A DNA stretch of 64,000 nucleotides from positions 1,984,001 through 2,048,000 of the forward strand of contig NC_135891.1 of the NCBI RefSeq assembly GCF_964194155.1, written 5' to 3'. This document shows, piece by piece, positions 1 to 13,079 of this stretch (position 1 is the first letter of the stretch; each line of letters begins with the position of its first letter). Source of the DNA: Cetorhinus maximus. Taxonomy: Eukaryota. The position numbers and the translations under genes are program-made. Below the pieces are notes generated by a model. That model was not told the DNA's origin. It did no database searches and saw only the letters and a list, made by a program, of their open reading frames with translations.

Positions 1-784
1 TAGTTGAAGCATTGAGCAGTACTTGGAAATCAATAAAGACATTTTTTAAGGATTAAGGAAATAGGAACTGGAGCAGGCCATTCAGCTCCTGAAGCCTGCT
101 CTGTCATTCAATAAGATTATAATTGACCTTCTACCTGAATTGCACCTTCCTGCACTATCCTTATATTCCTCGAAACCCTTTGTACCCTAAAAAAAATCTA
201 TTGACCTCTGTCTTGAATCTACTCAATGACTGTGCATCCACAGCTCTCTGTGGTAGAGAATTCCAAAAGATTCACAACTCTTTGAGCGAGGAAATTCATC
301 CTCATCTTAATCCTAAAAGGCTGACCCCTTATTCTGAGACTGTGCCCTGGTGTACTCGAGCCAAGGGAATCATCTTCTCAGCATCTATCCTGTCAAACCC
401 ATAAGAATTGTGCACGTTTCAATGGGATTACCTCTCATTCATCTCCACCCCAGGGAATATAGGCCTAGTCTACTTAATCTTTTTTCCTTTTTAATCTTGA
501 ATCATCAGTACTGAGTTCAGGGTTCAGGGTTCCCATTTACTCCCACAATTTGCCAGTGTGATAGATAAAACCACTTCCCATTCCGCTCTGCTGTACAGAA
601 TTCCTGAGATGACTTTTCTCACCTCAGATCTCATCCCTTCTTTGTTAAACACATTTGAATAGGAGCCCATTAATGCAGCAAATAACAAAGGGCTGCATGG
701 GAACAGCAACAAAGGGGAGATATTAACACCTTAATACAGGCCATTGTTTGGGCTCACTGAGACAAGCGTTGTTCTGTTACAGTA

Positions 785-1175
785 AGATAAAAGCAAAATA
801 CGACACATGCTGGAAATCTGAAATAAAAGCAGAAAATGCTGGAAAAAACTCAGCCGACCTGTCAACATCTGTGGAAGCTCTGAAGAAAGGTAGAAAGGTG
901 ATGAATTTTATACTGTTTAAGAGGGGGTGGAACAGGTGGGGCAAAACAGAAGATCAGGGATGGGTGGGAGCTCAGGAGAAATTTGACAAAGATGCCATGG
1001 ACATAAGACAAAGGGAGTGTTAATGGTCACGTTAAAGACTAAAGAAGGTGCTAATAGTGGCACAAAGGTCAGGTAGCAGAATGTGTTAATAGCACAACAA
1101 GGGTCAGCGCTCTCTGACAGCAAAACATAAGAACAAGCTACAGACTGGCCCTGTGGGGGGAGGGGGGTTGGGAAA
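785..1175 (-). mobile_element. PLE-associated terminal fragment
   Basis: ATGCTGGAAATCTGAAATAAAAGCAGAAAATGCTGGAAAAAACTCAGC matches the palindrome arm at 19245-19470. Confidence 0.5.
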
Positions 1176-1754
1176 AAATTGCTGTGATACAGTATTGCAG
1201 TGGTTATGGTACTGGACTGGACTAGTGAAGTCAAGGTTCTGAGTTTAAATCGCACCATAGCATATTGTGAAATTGAATAATTGGTGAGTTTGTACTATGT
1301 GTCTGGCCTACGTGTTACTGCATCCTGTGAAATTGTAAATACTGCTCCAGCCAATTAGGGATGGGCAATAATTCTGGCTGAACATAACCCAAGAAACAGG
1401 CCCCTCGAGCCTGCTCCACCATTTAATAAGATCATGGCTGATCTTCTAACTCAACTCAACTCAACTCAACTTTCCTGCACTATTCCCATAGCCTTCATTC
1501 CCTTAATTCCCAAAAATTAATCAATCTCAGTCTTGAATATCCACAATAACTGAGCATCCACAGTCCTAAGAACAAATTCAGCAAAACTACTAGTGCAGGG
1601 GTGTCTCAGATATTGAACAGCTTAATTGTATTCAAAATATTGCTAATTTGGTAACCCAGTACTGTATTCGTTGTCTTTACACTTAATGATTGTTTTTTCC
1701 CAGCTATCTGTACTTCTTCTGTTAGGGCTTGGATTCTGGCCACGTTCTGATACA

Positions 1755-2600
1755 AACATAAGAACTAGGAGCAGGAGTAGGTCACTCAGCCCTTCAAGCC
1801 TGCTCCGCTATTCAATAAGGTCATGGCTGATCTGATTGCAACCTCCGCCCACCCCTGATAACCTTTCACCCCTTTGTTAATCAGGAATCTATCTAGCTCT
1901 GCCTTAAAAACATTCAAAGACTCTGCTTCCATCGCCTTATGGGGAAGAAAGTTACAAAGACCATATGAACAAGGAGCAGGAGTAGGCCATTCGGCCCTGC
2001 TCCGCCAGTTAATAAGACCATGGCTGATCTGATAGTAACCCCCTCAAACCTGTATCCAGCCTACCCCCGATAACTTATCATCCCCTTGCCTACCAAGAAC
2101 CTATCCACCTCTGCCTTAAAAATATTCAAACACCCTGTTTCCACTGCCTTTTCAGGAAGAGAGCTCCAAAGACTCATGACCCTCTGAGAGAAAAAAATTT
2201 CTCCTCATCTCTGTCTTAAATGAGCGATGCCTTATTTGTAAACGGTGACCCCTAGTTCTAGATTCTCACACAAGGAGAACCATCCCATCCACATCCACCC
2301 TGTCAAGACTCCTCAGGGTCTTAAAGATTTCAATCGAGTCACCTCTTCTAAACTCCAGTGGATGCGAGGCCAACCTTTCTTCATAAGACAAGCCGCCCAT
2401 TCCTAGTATTTGTCTAGTAAACCTTCTCTGAACTGCTTCTAATGCATTTACCTCTTTCTTTAAATAAGGAGACCAATACTACACAGTACTCCAGATGTGG
2501 TCTCACCAATGCCCTGTACAACTGAAGTATAACCTCCCTACTTTTGTAATCAATTCCCCTCACAATAACTGATAACATTCTACTCGCTTTCCTAATTACC
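1755..2600 (-). mobile_element. Stacked CR1 3' fragments (others at ~58-480 and ~1380-1565)
   Basis: Repeated aacataagaa..ggagcaggagtaggccattc 3'UTR; reverse complement of ALVRPHLEYC at ~2470-2520. Confidence 0.85.
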
Positions 2601-3534
2601 TGATAGCTGATAACTCAGTTCTTGTGGTTATGTTTGGACAGTGAGTGTCTTCATTTGGATTGACTGCAAAAGAGTTTCACAATCAGTCACACTCCTCACC
2701 CGGCACGTGAACATTGGGAGAGCCAGCAAACAGCTAGATAACAATCAGGAAAGGGGAACCCACATTCTTATCCACTTTTTATTGCTTATTCATTCTCAGG
2801 GCATCCCTGGCCGGGCCAGCATTTATTGCCCATCCCTCGAGAAGGTGTGCATCAGTGGTGGAGGGAAGGGATACTTAGTCTAGCCCAGAAGTGCTGAGGC
2901 CAAAGCCCCCATCCCCAACCCAATGAGGTCAACTGATTAGGCACAGACTGACAAATTTGAAGTGGGAGTCGTCCTGCTCTGTCCACGCACCAGGTCATCG
3001 AGGAGAGGCAGGAAAACTTTTTCTCATACTCTTCCCTTCAAAACAAAGATGAAGATGACAAGTTAGGAGCCTGTACCAACCCTCCTGCCCCAGACTGGCT
3101 GGCTCCTATTCCAAATCAAGACCCTGTGCTGGTTTTGGACTCCATTTGATATGTTTAAAAGACAGATTCGCACTTAAAGAGTCTGGAGAATTTCGAATTC
3201 CATGGGGTTAGGGTGCATGGAGCGGAGTGGGTGTATGGGTACGAGAGAGTGCAGGAATATTGCTCTGGAATCACAAGTGACTGTGGCCAGTGGCAAGTCC
3301 ACACCTTCCCTCCAGCCTCTATCAGACCCCCTTTCACTGCCCATTCCTACCTGGGACAGGAGTTGTTCACTGCCTCTCGCTGGCACTGGGCAGCTCACTG
3401 ACGGGTTCCTAGTCTTCAGGCTCGGCTCAGGTCCTGAGTCAGAGGAATGTCTGACTTGTACCTATCGGGTTGAAGGTTTAAAATCACCCACAGTACCTCA
3501 TTAAAATAAATGACTGAGCAACACACTGAGGAAG

Positions 3535-4181
3535 TAGCAGAATGTCCCAGTGCCCCCCATGGCAGGCCGGGGGGGCGGGGGGGGGAGCTGAAAACCCAGT
3601 TTCCCGTCGGTGTAAAACGACAGCAGGAACTTGCACTTCCGCCCGAAGCTGCGATTCTCGCTAGAGGCCAGTGAGAAACTGAACTGCATCCGTTAGTGAG
3701 ATGTAGAGGAAGACCCGACCGAATCGCCGCCCTACGCCCGGCCAATCCCGCCACCAGCGAGAAAACACGCCAGCCCACAACAAACCTGGACCAACGTTTG
3801 GTGCACATGTCAGCACTTACCTGAAGAAGTCCTGGAGTAACTCGTAGAGATCGGGAGAGAATATGGAGGCCTCCAGCGACCGGATCCAGGATCCACGCGC
3901 AGCGGGTGGGTGATTGGAGCATCTATGATGTGGATTTCCTGACTTCAGGATCTCCCAGGACGTGGATCTTCAACGTTGCTGTCTGAGTGCCTTTTAAATA
4001 TGGCGCCCGGGTACGACAGGGGCCTGCGCCAATCAGCCCATCCCACCACGCGACACCGCGGGAAACCCCCGGCTGCATAATTAATGAGTCCGGGGTCGTG
4101 TGATATGGCGCAAACTCCCTGTGACATTCCCTGTTCCCACTGCCGCCACAGGACTTAGTCCCAGAAGGGAAAACTCCGCCC
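3535..4181 (-). mobile_element. Harbinger-related non-autonomous remnant
   Basis: Ends AAAACTCCGCCC. Shares TTTAAATATGG and GCATAATTAATG blocks with the region upstream of the Myb ATG at 11160-11260. GC/CpG-rich. Confidence 0.55.
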
Positions 4182-4569
4182 TCAGTCGCTGGCGTTCTGT
4201 TGGTACTCACATTTGTGCAGCTTGACGACGATAGCAACATTCCAGCTAACACCCTCCAGCCTCCGCTGTCTCTTACCTTTCACGTATCTGTGTTTATGTT
4301 TTGCCCCCTGTTTGGACATTGATTTCTCTGGTGCTGTAGCCCAGTGTTGACTTTACTAGATCAACCATCTGTTTGTAATGTCGAGTCCACTGTCCAATCA
4401 TCAGGAGACCAAACTGACAAGGAGGGTCCTGGAAGAAGAGTCCCTGTTTCCCCATTTCTGACCTTATGATGGAAGGAAGGCCATTGATGAAGCAGCTGAA
4501 GATGGTTGGGCCTAGGACACTATCCTGAGGGACTCCGACAGTGATGTCCATGGGTAAAACAAACACTTG

Positions 4570-5656
4570 GGCCTAGATTTTCACTCCCGGGTTGGGAGCG
4601 CAGAGTCAGGACATTTTCCAGCTCTGCAATCTCTTCCCAGGAAATAGTGCCCCGGAAACTGGGATTTCCGTTCCGGGGTGGTGGGGTTCTCAAGGAGTCC
4701 GCCTGCCTCCCCCAGAAAGAGCAGAGGCTGCCGGGGGCCTCCCTAACAGCATGGTGGGTGTACCTACACCACAGGGACTGCAGCAGTTCAAGAAGGCAGC
4801 TCACCACCACCTTCTCAAGGGCAACAATGGGTTGGGCAATAAATGCTGGCCCAGCCAGCGAAGCCCACATTCTGTGAATGAATAAAAAAAAAACAAATGT
4901 TGGAATTCATAATCCCACTTCAAAGAGTCTATAACCACACAGAGCTGTCAATCAAACGTTGAAATGGACGGCACCCTACTGGGATATGGAAGATTATGAA
5001 GTTAGTCATGCAGCACTAATTCAATACTGGTAACCCTCAGACACATGTCAACAGACAGAATTAAATAGCTAGCAATAATGTTTTTTAAACACTCCAGACT
5101 GTCTTTTCAAAGATTTAAAGGCCAGGAACTTTAAATGCCTTTGACAGTTCCTTTTCAGGCCTTTGACAGTTGCTTCCAACAACTCATTTTGGCTTTGACA
5201 GTTCTAATGTGTTTATGCACTTTTTACACATATTCATGCCTAATTTTAACAATCTCCAGGGGCACCTTATCTCTCCCAAGGGGTACTTGACCTCCCCCAA
5301 AGGCGCCTGTTCCCTCCCAAATGTGCCCCAGGATCCTATTCAAAAGGGGTACCCCACCATTCCAAAGGACTCCACAAAATTCAGACCTGCTCATACCAGG
5401 TCTAACATGATCTGCTTCATGTTGTGCTTCACACACCTAGGTCACCAAAAGTAGACATGAGTAGATGCAGCTGCTTAGTTATATGGGTACCTGCCTCACT
5501 CAGTGAAACCCACGGACACAAACCTCCATCCGGGCCCATTCCCGTCCCCATCAAAATGGTGGGTGCCTTGTTCGGGGGTGAGACTTCTGATTTTTGGCCT
5601 CTTCCACCCTTTTCACAATTATGGAGAGGCACCAGGTCATTGTGAAAACCTAGACC
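4570..5656 (+). mobile_element. Non-autonomous TIR element (Harbinger-like termini), with a nested LINE 3' fragment at ~4738-4893
   Basis: TIRs GGCCTAGATTTTCAC / GTGAAAACCTAGACC; exact TTG TSD; internal homology to 40456-41898 in the opposite orientation. Confidence 0.82.
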
Positions 5657-5714
5657 TTGATGTTAAAGATCAAGGAAACTCGGGTGCAAGTATGTCATAC
5701 ATGTAATTATGCCA

Positions 5715-6400
5715 AGCCTGAATTTCCTCACACTTTTACACCCTCTATCGACCCCTGCCCCCTGAACACACCAGGGATCATTATAATAGCTCTGCCTCCA
5801 GGCTAACAAACTGCCCATACAAATTCCCTGCAAAGTGTGCAAAACTGAAGACAGATTTTTAGGCACAGTGTGAAAAAAAGTCATTTTTGTGGTGCTTTTT
5901 GTTATTATTTAGAGCATTTAGGAAACAATGATCCTTACAGAGGCTGCTGTGCATTTTCTACCAATGTATCATTCTGGAATAAGCCTTTCAGTTTCAGTAA
6001 AAATGGAAAAGCTTCATTGAGTGCATGTTTGTAAACACATTGTGCCAAATGTGCATGAAGAATGGCTTGAAATTTTATTTTTTTATACTTAAAGACGTAT
6101 ACATGGTGTAGATTCAGCATTTCCAATTGTGCAAATTGATTTTTGATTGTTCACGATGATTTCTGATTGCTCACACTGATTTCTGATTGCTCACACTGAT
6201 TTCTGATTGCTCACACTGATTTCTGATTCTTCACACTGCTCTCTGACTGTTTACGTTAATTCCTATTTTTGTACATTGATGGTTGCATCCATTTTCACAT
6301 TCCGGGATTTGTTAATGAGATTGTTGGAAAATGTGGGTGTGAACAGCCATTGTTAAAATGGGTGTAAGGATGGGTGTAATTTTGGCTATAAAAATCCAGG
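5715..6400. mobile_element. Probable TIR element containing a 20-bp tandem repeat (GATTTCTGATTGCTCACACT x~4, 6158-6240)
   Basis: GCCTGAATTTC...TTTTACACCC at left; GGGTGTAA...AAAATCCAGG at right. Confidence 0.5.
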
Positions 6401-6692
6401 TACACCCTCACAGGAAATTCTACCACAGCACCCCCCCACCCAACCCATGCACTCTCGTGTGTTTATGGGACTATAAGGAGATGCTGACTGGGCTGTATAG
6501 GGATAGCTGAAATAATTCTAGTTTCAGTCAAACAGGCACAAACAACTGAAAATACCTTGTTCAGTCCCCATCTCCGAAGGTTGAACCCCCTACTGGTGGA
6601 TAACTGTCTAGGATGCACACGACAATTGGTCACTTACACAAGACACTGTAGGACAGCTTCAGAACGTTGACAACTATGGAATACTGCCTCCT

Positions 6693-7142
6693 GGGATGAA
6701 GGGATTATCCTATGAGGAAAGGTTGGACAGGCTGGGCCTGTATCTATTGGAGTTTAGAAGAATGAGAGGTGGTCTCATTAACACCTATAAGATCCTGAGG
6801 GGACTTGACAGGGTGGAAGATGAAAGGACGTTTCCCCATGTGGGAGAGACTAGAATTAGGGGGAACCATCTAAACATAAGGGGTCTCCCGGTTAAGACAG
6901 AAACGAGAAGTAATCTTTTCCTCTTAGAGGGTCATTAGTCTGCGGAATTCTCTTCTACAGAGAACAGTGGAGGCTGGATCATTGAATATTTTTAAGGCTG
7001 AGTTGGATAGATCCTTGACTGACCTGGGAGTCAAAGGGTATACGGTAGGCAGGAAAGTAGAAGCCACAATCTGACTAGCCATGATCTTACCAAACTTAGA
7101 ACAGGCTTGATGGGCCTAATGGCCTAATTCATATGTTCGTAT
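6693..7142 (+). mobile_element. CR1 3' fragment
   Basis: GLSYEERLDRLGLYLLEFRRMRGGLI.TYKIL. Confidence 0.9.
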
Positions 7143-10100
7143 GGAACCACATCCCAACAACTGCAACCCACTCCAGAGGGGAAGGAAGAGAATTAAAAAT
7201 ATCCATCATTTCTTCACAAATTTGGTGCCCCCTTCCACGAATAAAGAAGAAAAATTAATTAGCGCTTTCCTTGGTGTGTTGGTACAGATTCAGATTTATC
7301 CATTCTCTAAATTAAAATGTTTCACCATACTTACTGGGAACAAAGCTGCGTTTTACCAGGTCTTAAGGTTCTGATTCTCAGTGTTTAGGATATTTTTACA
7401 GCTGCCTTTTGCCACAGTCAATTATCACATAGTAATTCACACCATACGTTCTGCTAACTATTTTATTTAAAAATTTATAATTTAAATGTGTGAAAATTAT
7501 TCTTCCAACCATTTACACTGCCATCATAAACTTAATCACAGAGTTCAAACGTTAGTCAGGAACAGGCGCAGAGTAAAGTTGAACACTAGCAGTATAGAGA
7601 AAGCTGAAGACTCTGCTTTAATCTGTATCTTGCTACAGAAACTCTATTATATTTTAGAAACAGGCCACAATTATTTCAGTATGAGACGATAGTGACTACA
7701 CTTCAAATGTAATTAATTGACTTTGAGGTGTTTTGGAATGTCCTGAGGATGTGAAAGGTGTGATATAAATAAATGTAAATCCTTTGCTTATTAATGTTGT
7801 ACAACAGGACCTACCCCATGTTGACTTAATAAATAGAAAATCTGTTATTCTCTTGCAAACATTCAGGGAGGTGAAACCTCGGAGCGAAGCATGTTACACC
7901 TCATTGGGGTTTTAGTAGTGGGTTATGGAGAGTGTTTGAAACTCAGATTTAAATCATTAAACGTTCAGCAAACAATTAAACATCTTTGTTCTTCCAAACT
8001 CCAAGTGTCTCAGGTTGCGTCTGGAGGGAATATTTTGGGCTGTTTGTCACTCGGGCAAAGTAAAGGTCTGTCACTGGAGGTGGGAATAAATAGAGAGTGT
8101 TGCAAAATTTCAAAGTGTATTAGTCTGTGTGATTTTTCTAGTTACACTTTAGCATCAGTAAAAATGCCACCATTTGGTTGAATAGCCAGGTACTCCCAGA
8201 GTGCATGTCAGGTCGGAGGTTCCAGGGTTTGGACCTTGTGACAATTAAGAAATAGCAATGGATGCTAAAATCGAGATGGTGTGTGACCTGGAGGGGAACT
8301 TGGAGGTGGTGGCGTCCCCCATGCATTTGCCGTATTTGTTCCTTTTAGGTTCTGGAGATCGTGGGTCTGGGAGATGCTGCCAGCCTGTAGGAGTGCTCTG
8401 TGGGGGCTGCTCTCCCAACATTGGTACCACTCCCCAGATGTTAGTGGGGAGGATTTTGTGTGGTAGACTAGGCTGGGTGTCCGATTTGATGCTGAGTTTG
8501 TAGACAAGTGATCGATGTATTTTGGCGTGATTACATCATGTGATTGAAAGCCATTGAAAGATCTATAAGTGATAGTTTCCAGTGTAATTTGTCATATTTA
8601 ACCAGAAATGAGTAGGATCTATCCCACCAGGGCCTAGAAATCTTAAAGTCATGAGTTACAGAAACACGAACTAAGTTCTCTGTAAAAGTTTATTTTCACA
8701 CATAGTTTGAGGTTTTTTTCAATTCTTTGTTAGGCTGTGTGGGGCGGTGTGGGGGATGCAGGGAGGCTGTAGGAAGGTTTGTGGTTAATCGCAACTGTTT
8801 TTTCCAGATACACATCGTGCTATAAAGCCCGAAAGGTTCTCTTTCATTCATATTGGTTTCGTCGCCTGACTCAAGGTGACACAGTCACAGAGATCTTTTC
8901 ACTTTTATTTTCTTTGTTCTCCAGTTTTTCTCTCTCCCCCCACACCCCACCCCCCCACCCACCCCTGCTCTCCTGAAGGCAGGATGCAGTTACCATTCAG
9001 CCCATCGAGCCTGTGCCAGCTCTTTGAGAGAGCTGTCCAATCAGATCCACACACCTGCTCTCTCTCTCTCTCTCTCCATTGATCAGCAAATTTTCCTTTT
9101 TAAGTTCAACAACAGTCGGCAGCTCCACCATCCTGTCCAAAGGAGTCAATATTTGGGCATCAACCTAAGCAGAGAGCCAATGAGGGAGCTTCTCAGGGTG
9201 ATTTTAACGTAATGTTGAGGCATGATTGGAGAAATTGAGCCATTTTTATTCAACTGACAATGTTCGAGAGTTACAGAAGGATCCGACTCCTGGCAAATTC
9301 TCTGGACCATGTTGTTCTTTAGAACAAGCTGATTCTCAACGTTTAGGCTGGGATTTTCCCCGCCCACTGGTGTTCGGTGGTGTGACCGGGCAATATGGCG
9401 AGAAAGCCAAAAATCGCCTTCACAAAGTCGTGGGGGTGAGGCTGGGAGGGCGTGGAGGGAGTATGGGGAGAGGAGTGGGTAATGGGGGAGAAGGTGGCAA
9501 CTGAGGCTGGAGGAAGGAGTTGGGGGGGTGGTTGAAGGACTAAGGATGGGGTCACAGGTTAAGGGGACTCGGAGGGAGAGGACAGCCTCTGAGATTCCTG
9601 AGTGGATGACCCGGGATGTCCAGTTGCCCCACATCCTCCCTTCGAGTGCCCGAGGGCCTCGGCTGACTCCTTGAGGGGAAGGAGCACCTGGAGGGATGTT
9701 GAGAAACCCCATTTCCCTCTCGCGTTGCCACTGCAGGAACTCACCCATGGCTCCCGTGATGGAGTGCGGGTCTGGACCAGGGTCTCCATGGCATCCGCCA
9801 TCCTCCCCATGGAGACCTCCATATGCGCACATGTGAACACCACTTCATCAGAGAGAAGGTAGACGCACATCTCTGGCTCAAGTACCACTCTGCCAAGGGC
9901 TCCCAACAGCTCTGCATAAATGTTCCCTCTCCTTCTGCCCACTCTCCACGATGAGTTGGAAGGCTGACTCCAGAGGCTCATCATCTGACTCGGGCCTCAC
10001 AGATGCCTCTTCCCCAGCAGTCCTCTGAGTGCCGGGGAGCTCACCGAACCTGCCTCCTCCTGCTGTGGACACAGGTCCATACGGTGACCACCAGATTGTG

Positions 10101-10430
10101 AACCTGAGCCTGCTCTAGATCGAGGTCCCACCGAGGTGTGTGTCTCTGCGCTGGTGGAGGGTGTGGGTAAGCGCTGTGACGGGTCTTCCAGGCTGCTTAT
10201 CTCCAGCTCTTCAATGGAGGAGATGTCCTATTGGCTGGAGGTGAGGATGTGGATGGAGCTGAGGGACTGGCTGGCTGAGGGTGTCAGTCGCTTGGCAGAG
10301 CTCCCTGTGAACCAAAGTAGGGATAATGAGTGCTTGGCAGCAGAGTCAAAAACAGGAGAGAGAGGCACTCACAGTTGTGTTGAGAGAGGGATGATGTGGT
10401 GCAGGATCCTCACGAGGGTGTTCACCACCG

Positions 10431-10528
10431 ACCTCACCGTCACCACAGGCAGGGTCCACACCCTCACCGTCACCGCAGGCACGGTCCACACCCTCACCGT
10501 CACCGCAGGCACGGTCCACACCCTCACC
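10431..10528. repeat. 30-bp tandem triplication within Myb exon 2 of the Harbinger derivative
   Basis: ACCCTCACCGTCACCGCAGGCACGGTCCAC x~3.3. Confidence 0.9.
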
Positions 10529-10869
10529 AGTCAGCGCGATGGCTGCTCCTCACAGTGAGTGAGGGGCCTAATGTGGGCCACTCCACCCCCCCAGTCTGGG
10601 ACCTCTTCCTGCTGATGTGAGCCAGCTTCTCTTGCATGAAAACAGATGGAGGGAGTGTGAGCAGGACCCATGGCACTGAGTGGAATGTTTGTATGGTGAG
10701 CGGAGACACGGACAGGATGAGGAAGCGAACTCGAGAGGATATGATCCTGATGGGGATGTGAGGGTGTGTGTGAGGGTTAGTGGTGTTGTCCCTTGAGGTG
10801 TGAGATCCCTGTGGGTGTGTGATGGGTTTGTGAGTGTGTGAGTTGAGAGTAACAAGAAGAATGACTTAC

Positions 10870-11103
10870 CCTGGCAGAACGGATGAGACCATTCATCCTG
10901 TAGCGGCACTGGGTGGCTGTCCTCTTGTGCAGGGCATTGGTGGCAACCTCCACTTCCCAAGCCAGATTAGTGAGGTTGCTGTCCATCCTGAGGCCAGATC
11001 TGGGGTAGAGGACATCATGGTGAGCCTCCACGGTGTCCAAAAGGTGCTTGAGGGATGTGTCACTGAACCTGGGGGCTGCAGTCTTCTTGCCTTTTGGGGC
11101 CAT
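10870..11103 (-). pseudogene. Myb/SANT-like exon 1 (78 codons, open): MAPKGKKTAAPRFSDTSLKHLLDTVEAHHDVLYP...AWE...KRTATQCRYRMNGLIRSAR
   Basis: PRFS..L..L...V, W and RT..QC..R..L signature of Harbinger Myb/SANT proteins; gtaagt donor. The downstream exon (EKLAH...QTGG) has a degenerate acceptor and a frameshift. Confidence 0.82.
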
Positions 11104-12182
11104 GTCTTCTTTGCAGTAATCCTGGGCGGGAAGCACTGAGGGGTGTGCACATGACTGGACTTTAAATATGGTGCCTGGCGTGGTGAAGCAGCGAGGCGAT
11201 GGTGTGGTGGGTGAATGAGAGCCAACCTGCCATGTTTCTCAGGAATGCATAATTAATGCAGTGGGTTTGGGACGATACAGCGTGAAAAGCCACCATTGCG
11301 GCCAGCAGGTAAACTCTGGGACGATTCTGCCTTTAATCTCTCTAGGAATTCGGAGTGGAAGGGTGACTATGTCACAATACAATCAGGCCTCTATCAGCCC
11401 CTAGGGGAACCATTTAATTTAATGTAGATTCCAAAAGAGCTTCCTTCCAAATGACAGAGAAAATCCATACACTTTGAGCCATGCAGCTCGCCACCAGCCA
11501 GCATCAGAGTGTTACCCAGGTGTACAGCAAACCGGCACCATATAGGTGAAAGGTAGACAGCTAAAGCTTCTAAAAGCCTGCACAGATACTGAGACAACTG
11601 AATCTGAGAGGAGCAAGATGTGGCATTGTTCATTTTGAGTTGAAAGATTGATTTTGCCCTTTTCAGGAGTTGACCTTTCTTCACTCTCTATTCCTGTTAG
11701 GATCATAACAAATGTCCAACTGAAACATTGGTCAGTTTGTCAAGCGCAATGTGCATTATCTCCGAGTCTAGGCTGTTGTCTATGAGGCCGTGAGGACAGT
11801 CCTTTGCTGTTAAGTTTATGATGACAGCATAAAATGTTTGAAAGATTTAGTCACCTGACCCATTCCCTTTTCTGAACTGTGATCAGTTGGCGCATTTTAA
11901 AGCGGACAGGAGATTAGGCAGAAATGTGTACATTTTAACAATAGCAGTGATGTCGCTTTAAGAACTGCCTTTCCCAGGTTTGGTGAATGTAGGCAGAGGA
12001 TTTTGGTTTTACTGATAATTTTGTGGAACAATTGCCTACGCCTATTGAACTAGCCTAATTTTCATTTGGTTGGAATCAATGAAGTCAAATTTCCCCATTA
12101 GAAACCTGCAACTTATATCCTGAACATTACAATTCAGCAAGAAACATACAGCCACAATTCACAAAACCTCTGCAACTGGCAC

Positions 12183-12401
12183 TGTGGTAATCTGAGGTGT
12201 AATACACCTTTAAGAGACTGTGAGCAGATTGACCACGTGACTATAAGACCCAATAGCTGTGTAACGCGGTCTACCAGGTTAATGTTAGGCAGAGTAGGGG
12301 CTGGCTGGAGAAGCACACATCATGTTAGTGCTCTGTCGTTTGCGTAAATAAATAGTATGTGCTTCATTTCATATTGGTCTCGGCATCTGCAGTGAATTAC
12401 A
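12183..12401 (+). mobile_element. Possible short solo LTR
   Basis: TGTGGTAAT...AATTACA termini, internal CCTTTAAGA and AATAAA. No TSD seen. Confidence 0.3.
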
Positions 12402-13079
12402 ATCAGTTCACCTGCTGGCAGATAAGCGTGAAACCGATTCCTGAGCAAAGCGACCCCATAGCTAAAACATTACAGGCGCTAACCTGGTTCCCTCGGTAGC
12501 TCCCTCACCTGGATGTCAAAAAGTGGTGGCTTCAAACCTCCCTTCAGGACTGCAGCGCGCTGTCTTTAGATGAGATGTCAAACTGTGGACACATCTATCA
12601 GTGATCCCGGGACACCCTCAGAGAGGAACAGAGAGGTTCACCGAAAACCAGCCGACAACATAAAAAGCAAATTAACTGATCTCATTTCTATTTATGGGAC
12701 CTTGCTGTGTTTCGCAAGCTCTTGCATTTTGAAATACATGGTGGCTTTGAAATGTTTTCAGGAGACGGTGATAACGCTCAGTCTTTTCTTGCTTTATGAT
12801 GAAACCACATTACACAGCCTGAAATACAAGCTGATTTATAGAACAATGTGGAGTCTGCGTTCGTGTGACAGGAATTCATCTCCCAATGATGCATTTTCCC
12901 CAGACATATGCAGGAAATTTTTAACATAGCTTCTAATTCCTGCAGACTGGGGAAGGACAATTGCCAAGACATGTTACAACATGAACATTTTAATAACTTC
13001 TAGATGACAAAAACAATGTAAAGATACATTGACAAACGTAATGTAAATTGCTAAACAATGATTTTTCACAGACTTGAAA

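Larger units (their letters stand above)
9346..11332 (-). mobile_element. Non-autonomous Harbinger element retaining only the Myb/SANT gene
   Basis: TTA|GGCTGGGATTTT at left and ...GATTCTGCCT|TTA at right. Myb/SANT exons inside; no transposase motifs seen. Confidence 0.75.
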
